64,000 bases of DNA from Tubiluchus corallicola (Eukaryota > Animalia > Priapulida). Below are positions 27,017-38,823 of the stretch, piece by piece. The position numbers and the translations under genes were made by a program. The stretch lies in contig JAQGDQ010000162.1 in the NCBI GenBank assembly GCA_030141605.1, positions 310,001-374,000 on the forward strand, in the 5' to 3' direction. Numbering within the stretch: position 1 is the first letter of the stretch; each line of letters opens with the position of its first letter. A model generated the notes under the pieces. The model ran no database searches and was not told the origin of the DNA. It saw only the letters and a program-made list of their open reading frames with translations.

Positions 27017-30000
27017 ATTGCTTACTTGATGTGAATTATATTCTTAACTTTTCTTCCAGCTGTACAAGTAGGCAAACAGATGATTAGATACAGTTTGATT
27101 AGCAAAGTCGCTCATAAGTCGGCAATTAAGAGTTTCTAGTTATTCATATATCCTGAATTTCCGTTTCATGAGGATCATTTTGATACCAAGTCATCGCCCT
27201 ATGTTATTTTTCAGCTTAGATAATCCACGTTGAAGTTGAGGTACAGGCTATGCACTCGAAAACATAATCTTGAGAAAATCGCTGTTAAGGTTAGCCATTG
27301 TTTTTGTTGCGTTTCTACAAAACACTTAGCAACTGCACAAATGTTGGTTGCTAAGGACATTGCAAGAAAACAGTGATGTTATGTTTAAATCCAGTAGATG
27401 ACTTTTCCTGACAAAGGGCTGGGCTTGGTACAGGAAAAATCTGAAGCAAAGTGACTGTTTCTATGAACTACTACCGAAGTTTGAAAATACAGGTTTTTCA
27501 CAATTGTAGTAGTAGTTTTTAGCAAATAAAGCGGTACAGGATTGCCAAATTAGATTTTCAGTATTTTTTTAACCTTTTCTTGATAATTTGATGCTAGAAT
27601 AAGTCCAATATATTTAGCATTTCTTTTTATAAAAAACAAAAATTAACATTTGATCAAATTTTTGATGTATTCTGTTTTGAAGCATCATAACGTAGTTTTA
27701 ACTATGCCGACTCATGAACAGTTTTTATTTGCAAGCACACATTTTACAAATAAAAGTAATGACACTCAGTGAGTGCAAAAGTTGAATTCGCAAAATAGTC
27801 ACACCAGCATATGGAAACCCAGCCTGTAGACACAAGTTGATGCAAACTGCAGGCGTCAGTTCCTTTTTCATGCTACTAGATATACCTCCTAGGTGTCTGT
27901 TGCTAGCATCATCCCCATAGCAACCTAGATATTTGCCTGCCTCCACACCTGCACAATATAAATACAAAGATTATCATACCTGCTATTGTTTATACAGTTC
28001 GGCTCTGTGCAAGCCGGACTCCAGCTATCGATGGATGTGCCTGTTTCACGTATAAGGTTGTGGCGGGACTGGGCACTAGCCTATTATCAAGAGTAATTCT
28101 CTAAAATGTCGAAAAGGTCATACGTGACTTCTTACATTTGCATGTATCCTTCCCTAATACAGTAAATACACACAGTATGTGCAGCAAGTACAGGGAAGAA
28201 TCCATTTTCCAATTGGCCACATATGCATTTACTGACCAATGGCCACACTCGGCACTGCTTAGAAACAACACTAAACATGCACCACGACCACATGGGTATT
28301 CATTCCACTCGTCCCATGATTAGAAATGAAATCATAAATTTATTCCAGTCATCTTTGATAATTGCACGTCAATTATGTCTTCAGATGTTGTGGTTGGTAA
28401 ACCAAAAGTAGAGTAAATATAGAACATCATTACACATATTTTCCAGTTATTGCTCAACTTGTAATTTTTGTAGCACCTATGCCGCATAAACGTGATGCAA
28501 AATTTCAAGACAAATTTTTTAGCTTTATTTATATTATGGTGTTTTCTTGCGCTTTGAGCAATTTCTTGCTATGAACTATGATATTTTATTTCATACATAT
28601 AACAGAACACACTTAAAATAATATTATCAATGGGCAAATTTGGTTTGTGTGAGGGAAGTGTAGGACCAAGTGGTCATTTACACACCCCTCTTACCAATTA
28701 GATGGTATAATTAGTTCATGGGGCCTGTAGAACAGTTCAGGAAATTTTGCTAGTCCATCTTTGATTAAGTTAAGCTAGTACACAGGATTATTTTAAGAAA
28801 ATTAAATTCAGTCATCCTCCCTCGAAAACCTCACTAAAACTAACTCAAAATTTAGAACTGTTACCTTTGGCAGGACAGTAACGAGGAAGGCTTCTAGGAT
28901 ACAATAACTGCTTCTCAATCACGCACGATATGTTGACAATGTTTCTCTTACACTCCATAGTCTTTGCCCTCTGGAGGGCAGACAGAGCCTGAGAATCTGT
29001 AATATCACAGTCGGGAACGAAGCCGAGTGTTGATAGCACCAGATTCGGTCTTATCGTCAACACCGAATCGTTTTTGACGACAGGCTCCGTGGCAATATGT
29101 GCATTTTGCACAGAGTCTTCTAATTTTCCTGAACTGTTTAACTTCTGATTTAACACAAGCACACTCTGGTCTACATGGCCTTGTCTTGCAGAAAATGGTT
29201 CAATGACAGGCAACTTTGGCATTTTGATGCTAGGATCCACTACGGCACTTCCGGGTCGAACTCTCTCAAAATCCAATACCTAAAACAATAATCAATTTTA
29301 GTGATTAAATGTCGACACTTAACACATGTATTAAAACAGATGCATAGAGTGAATTGGCACAAAACCATCTTGTGGTGCGCACAATAGCGTTATTTAGAAA
29401 ATAGATGCAGCATGGCAGACTTCTGTAACTCATACTTCCAAATGTCTGTTGCACATCTCAACCTCACAGCTAACAATTCAATGTGACTTTGTAAGTAAAG
29501 AAATACTTGCTTCAATTCATAGCAAAGTTAATAGAACCAGTAATATAAAATATGGTGTTATCACAATTGCGCCTCCTAGTTTTTTCTAGATTTTTATCTG
29601 TTTATACGCCCGTAGGCCATTATTCTATTATTCTTACCAGAGATGTATTAATCAATAGGCTAACTAGGCTGTAGCCTAGGGTTACAAAGTTTGAGGACGT
29701 CACATTTTAGAAAAAATTCTTATTCTCCTCGGAAAATATGTATACTTTCATATTCATGTAACGGGCGCATTTTATAACACACCACAGATAGTTACTGATC
29801 GCAGCTTTTATATAAGTGCCACATAATGAACAAGTGCAAGGTATTACACAGCAAGCACTATGCAAACTATGCAAATACATGTAATTAATAATGGACATAT
29901 TAAAAATTGTAACTAGGTTAATAGTGTTTCTAATACACCACAAGTAATTGTTTAATCTGTTCATTACGTAAATAACCATAAATTCATAACAGAGATAGGC

Positions 30001-32839
30001 GGGACAAAACTATCAGCCTAGGGCGCCATAAAGTCTTGAAAAGCATCTGATTCTTACGTCATATGTGAATGTTTTCCGATAACTTCCATGATAGTTTAGT
30101 ATATATGTAAATTTAAATAACTGCATAGTATTCACTTTCATACAGTTGTGCAATATACAGGTTGTATCGCTGTCATGTTCATGTGTCAGGTCTTAAATTA
30201 GTCGCCTAAAACACTGATTACACACGTCAGTTAATTTGAAATTGCCTACATTCAAGAAGTAGTAAAAGAATATTCGGAATTAATCTTTTGAAGAAAAGCC
30301 ATGTGTAGCGACCAAGTGGAACAAATTTGCAGTGATGCGACCATTTCAGTGATGCTGCACTTTTTTAAAACCTATTTATTTTTATATATTATTGAGTTAT
30401 TGTATTGCTAGCAAAACATTTAATAGCAAGGAAAAATTGACAATTGCTTAATTTGACAATTCAATATCTTACTGAATTTTATCAAACATAAAAACAAATT
30501 ATATAAATCCAAACTGAAACATGCTAATTACTATAATATTCTTAATTACAAATAATATAAAAATACTTTAAATAATTTAATTAAGACATCTAAGTCTAAT
30601 TACTAATGGTCTAAGTTAGATCATTTCAAAAACAACATAAACAAGGCTTGGGATACTATGAAAGAAATCACGAACATGAAAAATTGTTCTCATATAATTA
30701 AACTAAATATAAAAAACGAATGCATCTATAAACCCGATGCAGCTGCTAATAGCTTCAATGATTATTTTACTAAATGGTGGGGACAGCAAGTAAGCAAGTA
30801 AGTTTAAATCTGGCGATCCAACACTAATAAATAATTATCGACCCATTTCAGTATTACCAGTCTTTTCTAAAATTTATGAACGTTGTGCTTATAACCAACT
30901 GTACAGAAGATACCACTATATTTTTTGACTTCATAAATTTCAATCTGGTTAGTAAAAATAACAGTTCAGATGACATTTTCAAGTTAATAAGCTATCTTTT
31001 AATGAGTTTCAAATTAAATGCCTTGTTTCGTTCCAAAAATAAATCGATTCCTCCCAATGTTAACCTGTATATTGACAGCATTTCTATAGGACGAGTTTAA
31101 TCAACTGAATTTTTGGGTATAATCCTTCAAAATACCCTTTCATTGGAATTTTCATATTAATATGGCTAGTCTAAAGATTGCCAAAAATGTAGCAGTACTT
31201 TCTCATGTAAGCCATTGCTTATCTGCTTCATGGTTACATACAGTTTATTATTTTTAAATCTTCTATTATCTAAATTATGTCAGTCGTCTTTGGGGTATAA
31301 CTTATGTAACCAATCTAAATCCCTTAAGATAACTCCAGAGAGAATTTCTGCATTTGCTTCTTGGATTAAGCGAATTTGCAAATGTAAATGAATCCATATT
31401 TCTGCAGTGTAAAATTCTTTCTATTGATTACATAGTATTTTACAATATAGCTCACTTTCTATATAAAACTAACTATAAATTGTTTCAAGAATTTTTAATA
31501 ATCTGTGAAAATTGAACAAGAAGTATTATCATACACATTATCGCCATTGTTATTTAGGTTACGTTTGTACTAATGCTGCTAAGCATCTTGTTAAGTTTTA
31601 TAGACCTTGGAATCATCTGAAAGACAACATAAAAAATTAGGGTACTGTTTTGAAGTTTAGAAAGGTTAGAAAATTTCATATTAGAACATAATTCTAATAT
31701 ATACTATTTTTAAACGTTTTCAAATGAATCATTTAATGTGAAATGAAGCGAAAGTGTAGAAGAACGAGAATAAACAAAAACAAGCTGCAAAATTCATTTT
31801 GGCATCTTAAAGTGTGCCCGGTTGCCACCTGTTTTGCACATTGCCCTGTTGGTAGCTATGGTTTGTTAATATTACTAAAAATTTTAAATTAAATCTAACC
31901 CTTACATCTTGTCATTCTCCATTGTTTCATCATCTTTCTCACCACATCTTCACGCTCATTACCTTCCTGGCTGTCCCTTCTTGTATCTTTGCACCATCTG
32001 CACTCCTTCTCTTTTCACTATCCTTTCTCTAGTTCTAGATCTATCTATACATTCTTCAAAACCATTCTTCAATACATTCTATCTAACCATTCTTCAAAAC
32101 TTATTAGAGATGCTTTCATTAATCATGTTTTATTGCAGCATTATAAAGAGATAAATATATTAAAATTGAATTAAATTGTTATTCCATATTGCCCAAGTAG
32201 ATAATAATCTGCACTGCATTAATCGTTTGGCTATATCTCATCTATTTCTATATTGTGCATTTTTGTGTAAGATATTGTTCAATTTTACTTGGCTTTTGGA
32301 ATAAGTAAACGATAAACTTCTGATGCGCTTGATCAGTAATGCCTAGTAAAAGTATCATTATCATCATCACTAGTGGATAACTTTAATTTGAAACTGTAAC
32401 ACCTAAAATCTTATAATAATACCTAAACTCGCTGTATATTATGTGTATTGCCAGTATTGGTTGATTTGTGGCCTAAAGCCTAGGTACATAAAAAATAATA
32501 AACAAAACAAAGAAAAAAGTAGAAGCGAAAGTGTAACGGCGCCTAAAACACCATAACTTTCTAACTTGTTTTACGCTTCACAAGTTTAGAACTCAATTAT
32601 AAAACTTTATTAAGTTCATAAACCCAATTACACCTACTGTCACCTAACAATAACATCAACATTTTTAAATTCCAAACCTGCTTTATACTTCGCCTGTTTG
32701 CCATTTCTTCATCTTTGTTCATTTCGTAGAAGCTATAAGCTACTATTAAGAAATAAATCACGATTAAAACAACACAAAATTTGGCCAAAACATGGTAATT
32801 GCCGAATAAACGAAAACGACATCCTTTACGCTTCATCAT
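5937..32839 (-). CDS. XYLT: Peptide O-xylosyltransferase (oxt/sqv-6/XYLT family, GT14, with WSC domain); 14 exons, about 894 aa
   Basis: Exons 32839-32678, 29279-28865, 27948-27805, 26651-26499, 22980-22808, 20875-20676, 20196-20116, 19912-19820, 18514-18391, 11527-11351, 10213-10108, 9739-9549, 7601-7340 and 6340-5937 join in frame at GT-AG sites (2685 nt). Motifs: N-terminal type [17 protein letters not shown] cysteines, [108 protein letters not shown]. Confidence 0.95.
7340..7601 (-). CDS. XYLT: XYLT exon 13
   Basis: [20 protein letters not shown]...PLRPGVWSV; phases 0/1. Confidence 0.9.
7894..9512. mobile_element. Non-autonomous or decayed hAT-like DNA transposon filling most of XYLT intron 12
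   Basis: TIRs tagtgttgg ... ccaacacta, with subterminal gtaatc/gattac repeats at both ends. Near-TSD attattta/atcattta. Broken minus-strand peptide AESVFS..LTP..SDDL.FET..LK (about 9095-9190) resembles the hAT C-terminal dimerisation motif. Confidence 0.6.
9549..9739 (-). CDS. XYLT: XYLT exon 12
   Basis: [16 protein letters not shown]...[13 protein letters not shown]; donor aag|gtgaac. Confidence 0.88.
10108..10213 (-). CDS. XYLT: XYLT exon 11
   Basis: [29 protein letters not shown]; canonical splice sites. Confidence 0.92.
11351..11527 (-). CDS. XYLT: XYLT exon 10
   Basis: [52 protein letters not shown], the catalytic-region motif. Confidence 0.95.
13785..15080 (+). CDS. SOWAH: Sowah/ANKRD43-family ankyrin-repeat protein, 431 aa, single coding exon, nested antisense in XYLT intron 9
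   Basis: N-terminal Sowah domain ([22 protein letters not shown]...[10 protein letters not shown]), acidic linker, then the family segment [12 protein letters not shown] and ankyrin repeats [16 protein letters not shown] / [14 protein letters not shown] / LRDNSGRQP. Good start context aagATGG. Confidence 0.9.
   Translation: MADVELGFTLDDIHHFFLEHGGRVKNNELVTHFKKYLTNPETKVVARETFKDYVNQLTTVRQNASGEKVMVLKLEFCRPQQASGHHNSHINVVCDKQANTHDQNENNIIKEPIESHPKSVQSKSEQEQEDEAHQADGEDEEETEIVTIQQELEYESKDPQAMETYILDNNTEAKTTPESEKLDNHVTKNERISEQPGSSIRSEEGQSEQETSKHSDSAKDSDTVSPLKESKPDTENKKDSTYTSPSVKEMAKGFIEKASPQPTAPIARTKPKKSDKTKEKDEEGEDTGYTMVSLEPGEKRWMVLMASPDTGTICKMLQDNPKLAKFQDFISGYTALHHAAKRGNEELIKLLIGKYGSNIDQKTFGGYTPAHVAAMHGHDRCIELLRSYGANLKLRDNSGRQPEFYSHNKRRMRSLMLGLFYQSSTRQQIRL
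15755..16165. mobile_element. MITE (hAT-like ends)
   Basis: TIRs taggggtgagcat ... atgctcaccccta, with internal ttcga repeats. Confidence 0.65.
16170..16406 (+). mobile_element. tRNA-derived SINE with (TTA)n tail
   Basis: A-box-like tagcttaatggtagc, B-box-like gagttcc, core gagtcataccaaagacttgaaaaatggc, and a 3' (TTA)n tail at about 16351-16406. Confidence 0.7.
16704..16939. repeat. Tandem duplication, 2 x about 119 bp
   Basis: gtcttggcaaat...tctagtactt occurs twice head-to-tail with few mismatches. Confidence 0.85.
18391..18514 (-). CDS. XYLT: XYLT exon 9
   Basis: [17 protein letters not shown]...FTLLPAE. Confidence 0.94.
19820..19912 (-). CDS. XYLT: XYLT exon 8
   Basis: [30 protein letters not shown]; the acceptor is AAG. 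Confidence 0.9.
19940..20060. repeat. (GAT)n/(AAT)n microsatellite
   Basis: Read directly from the sequence. Confidence 0.95.
20116..20196 (-). CDS. XYLT: XYLT exon 7
   Basis: [26 protein letters not shown]. Confidence 0.92.
20676..20875 (-). CDS. XYLT: XYLT exon 6
   Basis: [10 protein letters not shown]...[13 protein letters not shown]...[15 protein letters not shown]. Confidence 0.95.
21171..21925. repeat. Minisatellite, about 13 units of 55 or 65-67 bp
   Basis: Core gacattacgtaaataatagtatatttcaagcatttgctgtgacg repeats in tandem with no unique spacers. Confidence 0.92.
22808..22980 (-). CDS. XYLT: XYLT exon 5
   Basis: [37 protein letters not shown]. Confidence 0.95.
23879..24100. mobile_element. 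MITE family A, copy 2 (partial)
   Basis: Begins aataagccttttcaca and aligns by eye to 5370-5610. Confidence 0.6.
25822..26130. repeat. (GA)n microsatellite and purine-rich low-complexity tract
   Basis: Read directly from the sequence. Confidence 0.95.
26499..26651 (-). CDS. XYLT: XYLT exon 4 (WSC domain, second half)
   Basis: [11 protein letters not shown]...[23 protein letters not shown]; phases 1/1. Confidence 0.92.
26957..27015. repeat. (CAT)n microsatellite
   Basis: Read directly from the sequence. Confidence 0.95.
27805..27948 (-). CDS. XYLT: XYLT exon 3 (WSC domain, first half)
   Basis: YLGCYGDD...[19 protein letters not shown]; phases 1/1. Confidence 0.92.
28865..29279 (-). CDS. 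XYLT: XYLT exon 2 (stem region)
   Basis: ...[33 protein letters not shown]...[11 protein letters not shown]. Confidence 0.92.
30470..31700 (+). mobile_element. Decayed CR1/L2-clade LINE reverse-transcriptase remnant
   Basis: [27 protein letters not shown] at 30803-30880 and [12 protein letters not shown] at about 31110. Many stops and deletions; boundaries approximate. Confidence 0.8.
32678..32839 (-). CDS. XYLT: XYLT exon 1 (cytoplasmic tail and TM anchor)
   Basis: [10 protein letters not shown]...[18 protein letters not shown]; phase-0 donor cag|gtttgg. Confidence 0.85.
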
Positions 32840-32917
32840 GCCAGCAGCAGCTGCAGCTGCAGCGTAACCTTTGACCTCTTTTGGAGTAAAGCAAAGTTGA
32901 TTAGTTTACGAAACTTT

Positions 32918-32933
32918 CCAATAGGTGGCAGCA
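32918..32933 (+). promoter_or_regulatory. CTCF-like motif just upstream of the XYLT start
   Basis: ccaataggtggcagca is close to the CCASYAGRKGGCRS consensus; motif match only. Confidence 0.3.
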
Positions 32934-33931
32934 CACCGCAATAAATCAATCGTCTGTTTAGAGGCGGGTTTGACGATAGTGAAAACGTAAGTCTGAATAA
33001 TTATTGAGCTTTTGTGATGCAGATGTTTTACGATAATTACTGTTAATGTCTGCGTTGACAGCATTCTGCAAGAAATTTTATATTACATGTATGATAACCA
33101 TGTTTGTAATTTACAGTGGGTTTTTGTTATAAATGACAATTTCAAACTTTGTCAGGTTTGTGGTACACTGTCGTAACAGGGTCTCAATTGACTTAGACCT
33201 TGAAATATCATCAGTGCTTGCGTGAGCATTGTCCAAACCCGTGTACTTCCCCTCCCAATCACTGTTTAAACATATAGTTGATGGCAAAGTTGAAAATCAT
33301 AGCCAACTTTACATGCCACTGCCACAAAAAGTACACGGCATACTTGTGCCGATTTGGCTGCAATTAACAGCACTGTTGTTGCTCTTATGGATAATTCCTA
33401 ATTACGGAATGATTTACCAATTCATGCACGTAAAATCAATAATGTTCAAAAATTATTACTTAAAACTTAATTTTATAAGCAAGGCTTTTCAATTAATTAC
33501 AAATTTATTATGGACTTGTGGATTTAATTATGGCTGGTTTCTGGTAATATCCAGATAATTCATTCAAGAAAGTAGAATAATAAAACCATATGCTATGCTG
33601 GTATAATTTCACCCTTGTTCGATTTCACTGTTGAAACAGCTAAACGAAGCACTAAAATAATCAGCATTTAAAACAGCATGCATGGAATAATTACCTGGGA
33701 TTACTTTTTTGTTATTCACATGTCTCAGCAAAACCTTGAGAACTTTAAGGATGATACATGACAGACATCTATGGAAGAACCATTTCACAACCGTTCTGAG
33801 TTTACTCGTGAATTCACAGCCAATCTACGTTGAGTGACTTCATAGCAGATTCGAGTTGAGCAGCAATTTCACTACTGATCCATGTGAAGTCGTAATTTTA
33901 CAAGCGATCCATTTAAACTAAATCAAAATTT

Positions 33932-34004
33932 AATTTATTGCCGACGGGTTCCGAACAAACTGTTCACAATGAACAGTTTGTTCGAAACCGGTTGGCAATA
34001 AATT
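33932..34004. repeat. 73-nt near-perfect palindrome/hairpin
   Basis: 35-bp arms (aatttattgcc...aaactgttca / tgaacagttt...ggcaataaatt) with 3 mismatches and a 3-nt loop. Confidence 0.85.
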
Positions 34005-34361
34005 CAGCATTGGTGTAGTTATATGTATTTGCCAAATATGGATAATTTGATCTGTTTAAAGTTGTAATATCACAACGAATCCTTTTCAGCAGTAATTTTG
34101 TACTGTAATTAGCTGGTCAGCATCCTGTAAATTGTACAGTTCTTTTTTGAAGGAGTCAGCACATGGAAATTGAAAAAAAGCAGAAACCCAATCGAAAAAT
34201 CATCAGGTCAAAAAGTCGAGATTCGAATGTGAAGTCTCGAACTTTTCTGAGATGTCAAAAATGCATGTTTCTACTCTCAAAAAAGTGACACAGAGTCAAT
34301 CATGGCAGATAAGGGTTTTTTCCCATCCAACTCTGTAGACAATTGTAGAAATAAACTGCCT

Positions 34362-34490
34362 TGAAGTTATGAAATGAACAGTGTAAAACTACTGAAATGA
34401 GCTGTAATGAAGTTGTGAAATCAACAGTGTAAAACCACTGAAGGAGGTGTGTTGAAGTCACGAAAAGAACAGTGTAAAAACATCAAAAAG
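34362..34490. repeat. Short tandem repeat, 3 x about 45 bp
   Basis: tgaagtNNNgaaaNNaacagtgtaaaa occurs three times. Confidence 0.75.
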
Positions 34491-34926
34491 GGACTGCCAT
34501 CTTGTGCACTTGTGAATGTAAACAGCTGAAGTAAAAAACATGCGCACAGATGCGCACACGCACACAAACACACACATTATATATATATATATATTTAGCT
34601 GTATTTTTATCTAATGGCCAAATGCCAACAAATATTACATATCATTATATTGCACTGAATTTGACATGGCTCTGGAATCAGTATGTCACATTACAGCATA
34701 GCTTTGCGAATTTTTAATCCCGTATTGTGACGATCCATTCTCTATAGTTCTTCTTTCGATCATGTAACTAATTTTTTAACTAATTAAATTCTCTTAACTA
34801 CAGATGTTGTCTTATTTAAAAATGAATTGTTTGTGAAATAATTGCATGTTTTAGATTCTTAAATTAGTAATGTTTTTTATTCAATATGCTGAGTGGGCTT
34901 GCTGTTATAGCAAACTGTAGGTACTA

Positions 34927-36944
34927 TTATAATTTTGTTGCTGTAATTAACATGTAATATTTGGCGTCACAGAAATCAACTACTGGAAATTCCGCCACAT
35001 CTGACGTCGCATTCGTCATTCCAGCTTCTGCCAGGGCTTCGAGTACCAAGTCTTCATCAACAGGGCCGTGGGTGTATCTTTCCCCGCCAACATTCCAAAA
35101 AGTTTCCTCGCCCAGTGCAACCATTATCAACATGCCACCTGATTTCAGTAGTGTCATAACATTTCTTATACACTTTTTATACTGATCGCGAGTAGTTGAG
35201 GCGACCTCAATAGCACAAGAGGAAATGATGACATCAAAAGTGCCTCGGTGAGAAGGCGTTATTGGATCGCTTTTGTGAGCATCGCATAACAATATTTCTT
35301 TTACGTTGTGCCGCAACTTTCTCAAACGTTTTTCATATTTTTCTTGGAGTTCACTGAAATTTGAAAAAAGAGCTCGTTACAAAGTTTTATTGTAAAATAG
35401 AGCGATTTTGAATTACATGAATTCTTAATCATACCATCCATATGCAAATTGCATTTGTAGACATGCAGCCATTCTTTTTGCAGGTTTAATTATGCTTCAA
35501 CTGTTTGGTCAGATGTTTAGGATGATTAATACAATAACAATGGCTGCTTGCGGTTTATTTTAGAATGATAAAGCGGTCTTTAGCACTTCTTACCTTTTAC
35601 TTGTACACTGTATGACGAAATCGTAATAGTTGCTCAAGTCCAAAGGGTATTTCCCTGTTTCTTTCCACTTCTGCAGCACTTTGATATTGGGCTCTGCATG
35701 ATCTGCCATTACTATGTCAGTAAAATTCTCCCCAACAGCGAGGACATATGCTAAAGTAGGACCACATCCAAAATCTAACAGTCTGGTACCTGGTAGACCT
35801 CCTCCTGTCATGGACAATGTTGTGTGTGAGGTTTTAATGAATTTAAGTCATAAATTATTTATTTTATGAAGATCATATGCATTTTTAAATAGAATTTAGC
35901 ACCTAACGATTAGATTATTTCGTGTGGCTTAGCATGTGCACGAAGTTAACTAGCTTGATCATGTCCACGTTCTGGAAAGAAATTCATTGCCTTTGCATCA
36001 GTATGTAAAAAATGGCTGTCCCTACCCACGTAACTGGATGTCAACTGACTTTTAAACACTGTAACCTTGTACTTAACAGATCATATAAACAGAAACTCTG
36101 CAGGAACATTCAGTTTAGTTTAAACTTTATCTATTTATAGTGAGTTTGCAAAACAGTCTGGGTCAGATACAGGTATCTTCACGGTGGAAGTAGCAAGTAC
36201 AAAATACTAATAGAAGAATGATGGACATCACAACTAATATCACTCGATTTGATAAAACAATTAACTCTATTATAATCAGCAGATGGTGATTAAACTTACA
36301 TACATGAACAGTACAAGCACAAAATTTTAATAACAACAGTAATAATAAACATACATTTAAAAGGTAAGTTAGCTGGTTAATCATTTAATAGTATTGTATT
36401 GTAAAGCAAAAGGTTGATTTAATAAATTGTTGTGACAAATAAGACAAGTGATAAATACGGATAATAAGACAAGTTAGATGACCAGTTTTGAATTTTTCGA
36501 ATAGGTTTCTGTATAATACTACGGGATGATAATTTGGTAAGAGTTAAGGTATAACAATATGGTGGTCGAGTAGGTCGTCTGGAACAGAACCAGTCGTGAA
36601 TCCATAAGTAGAGAAGATTTCACAAAGCTTAGGCCTACTAGCAATCTGAGAATTCCAAAACTGAAACCAAGAGCATTGAAAAGCTTTATCGTCATGGAGA
36701 AAAAGTATAAGCTAGGTGCACAGGCGCCCTCTAGAACATGATTGAACAGTCACAGGTCAGTCGCTTTGGCAAATTCACTTTAGCTCCGAAATTATAAAAC
36801 TTCAAAAGAAACAGCGAAATGATATTACGTACCTTCATGAAATGTTTGACGGTATTTAATTAATATTTTTTTATCAATGTCTATTGTATTGCCATAATAG
36901 TCTTTCAGATAAGCATGACTATCAAAATTTTGAAGGTCGGCCAT
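34927..36944 (-). CDS. NNMT/INMT/PNMT-family SAM-dependent methyltransferase, copy 1 (3 exons, 249 aa)
   Basis: Exons 36944-36833, 35804-35594 and 35353-34927 join in frame (750 nt, phases 1/2). Motifs FDSHAYLKDYY, LLDFGCGPT, FTDIVMAD, LLKSGG, FWNVGGERY. Confidence 0.9.
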
Positions 36945-37145
36945 AACGAAATTTTGTACCCTGGATAAAGTATACAAAAACAAAGTAGGGAACCCTACTG
37001 CGCAGCAGTTCGCGCATCAGTGTCGCCCTAGCGCCACAGCAGTACGGACTGTTGTCGTTAGGTACGCTATAGCTACAGCTTTAGCACACCGGTATAACTA
37101 TAGCAGATGAATTGATGAGACCACCAAATTCAGGCCGGTCGACAG

Positions 37146-37224
37146 GTGCCCATAAAATGCTCAGCAGTGAGTTGCAAAAACACAAATAAAAACATATTTT
37201 TGAATTTCCCGAGGATGCAGCCAG
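37146..37224 (+). mobile_element. Degenerate THAP-domain first exon (transposon-associated relic)
   Basis: (V)PIKCSAVSCKN...FLNFP followed by cag|gtaatt fits the THAP start M-x2-C-x4-C-x-N...F-x2-FP. The ATG is lost and no continuation was found. Confidence 0.45.
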
Positions 37225-38676
37225 GTAATTATAACAAAATGCTGATTATAACACAGTTTTGTAACTTTTGTTACAAGTTAAATATTTTGTATACTAAGCA
37301 AAGAGTGCAAGGCCTACATCTGTCTTTGGCGATTTATAACAGCTGTTATATTTTCAAATATTATTTAAAGCAAGCGTAAGGCATTAAGAATAATTAGTAG
37401 TTAAAATAAAAACTATTATATTTATATCTCATGAAAATTGATAACCTTATTTACAAAAGAAGTTAAGAAAGTTGATCTTAAAGGAAGTTTGCATTCTTAT
37501 TTAATGTGTTCTTATCAGGAAATATAACTTGAAGAAATATTAGGCCTGACTTTCGTGTGTAATACATGTACGTGTGTAATAAAACCGATTTTTTCAGAAG
37601 AGCAATTTTTTCCAGAACAAAACTTAATCCAAGCATCTGCATGTTTTGTTAATTCCAAGTTAAAAGATGTTTAAAAAGCATATAATCATACATTGGCCTT
37701 TGTTATGAGTTGAAGTCGGTTATAAAGTCACGTTGAACAGAGATGCATTTACGACATTACTCCTCTATTTTATTGTCATTTGTCAGTCAACAAAAAATAA
37801 CAAAACGAAACATCAGAGCTGTCATCCTAAGCAGCCGACATTATTTCCGCCTCTAAAACAGTCAACTAATTAGGTCAAAATCTAGTTACAGAATTCAGGT
37901 GAGAAGCCAACCTGGTGCATAAATTAGAATCTGCACGCGGGTCATAACATCTTATATATCATGTGTAGACGTCTCTTATATTTAGCCTAATTTTTTAAAG
38001 ATTCAGTTAGGCTTACGTCAAAATTTAAATACAGTTTGTTTACGTGTAAAAATGTACTTGTATAAGCGTATTAATAAAACACCTGTAGCTAAATTCACAG
38101 ACAAGTCTTGATAAATATTATTCATTGATGGGCTTAAATTAATTGATTTTATACAGGCTACGTGCTAAGGGCAATACAAAATCTTTGTATGTAATAATGC
38201 ATACATCATACATGTATATGAGTGTGTGTGCATGGGTGTATCAAGACGTTACGACGCCCTAAGCTGACAGTTCAGTCCTACTCATCTCTGCTACTGTATT
38301 GATTATTTATATATGAAGCACGGTATGCAATTACTTGTTGTGTGCATGCGTGCGTGTGCGCATTATTTATATACAAACATACAATATAATATATGTGTAA
38401 TTATATAGATTAATTGCAGGGAAATTTTTAATGTGCGAAATCCGCTACCTCGCATTGGAGCAAAACGACCAAGAAACAAATGGCAGAACCTTCAACAAAA
38501 GGAAAAGAAGGATCTCTCTCTGGGTGTCTGTCTCTCTCCCTCCTTCCCTCTCTCTTTCTCTCTCCCTCCCTTTCAGTGTCTGTTTTCCCTCTGTCTCTTT
38601 CTCTCTAAGAGAGGGACAGAGAGAAAAATCAGTAAATCAGTAAAAATGCATTACTTTTTTACATAGTAGGCAGCCC

Positions 38677-38823
38677 ATAGATGCTGCAATAGAAGACATG
38701 AAAACTCAAGATGTTATAGAACCATCTTGTAGTCCGTGGTCGTCCGCGATCGTTCTTGTGCGGAAGAAAGACGGAGGGACGAGGTGTTGCGTGAACTATC
38801 GTGCTTTAAATGCGGTTACAGTA
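38677..38823 (+). mobile_element. Gypsy/Ty3 reverse-transcriptase fragment
   Basis: IEDMKTQDVIEPSCSPWSSAIVLVRKKDGGTRCCVNYRALNAVT. Confidence 0.85.
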
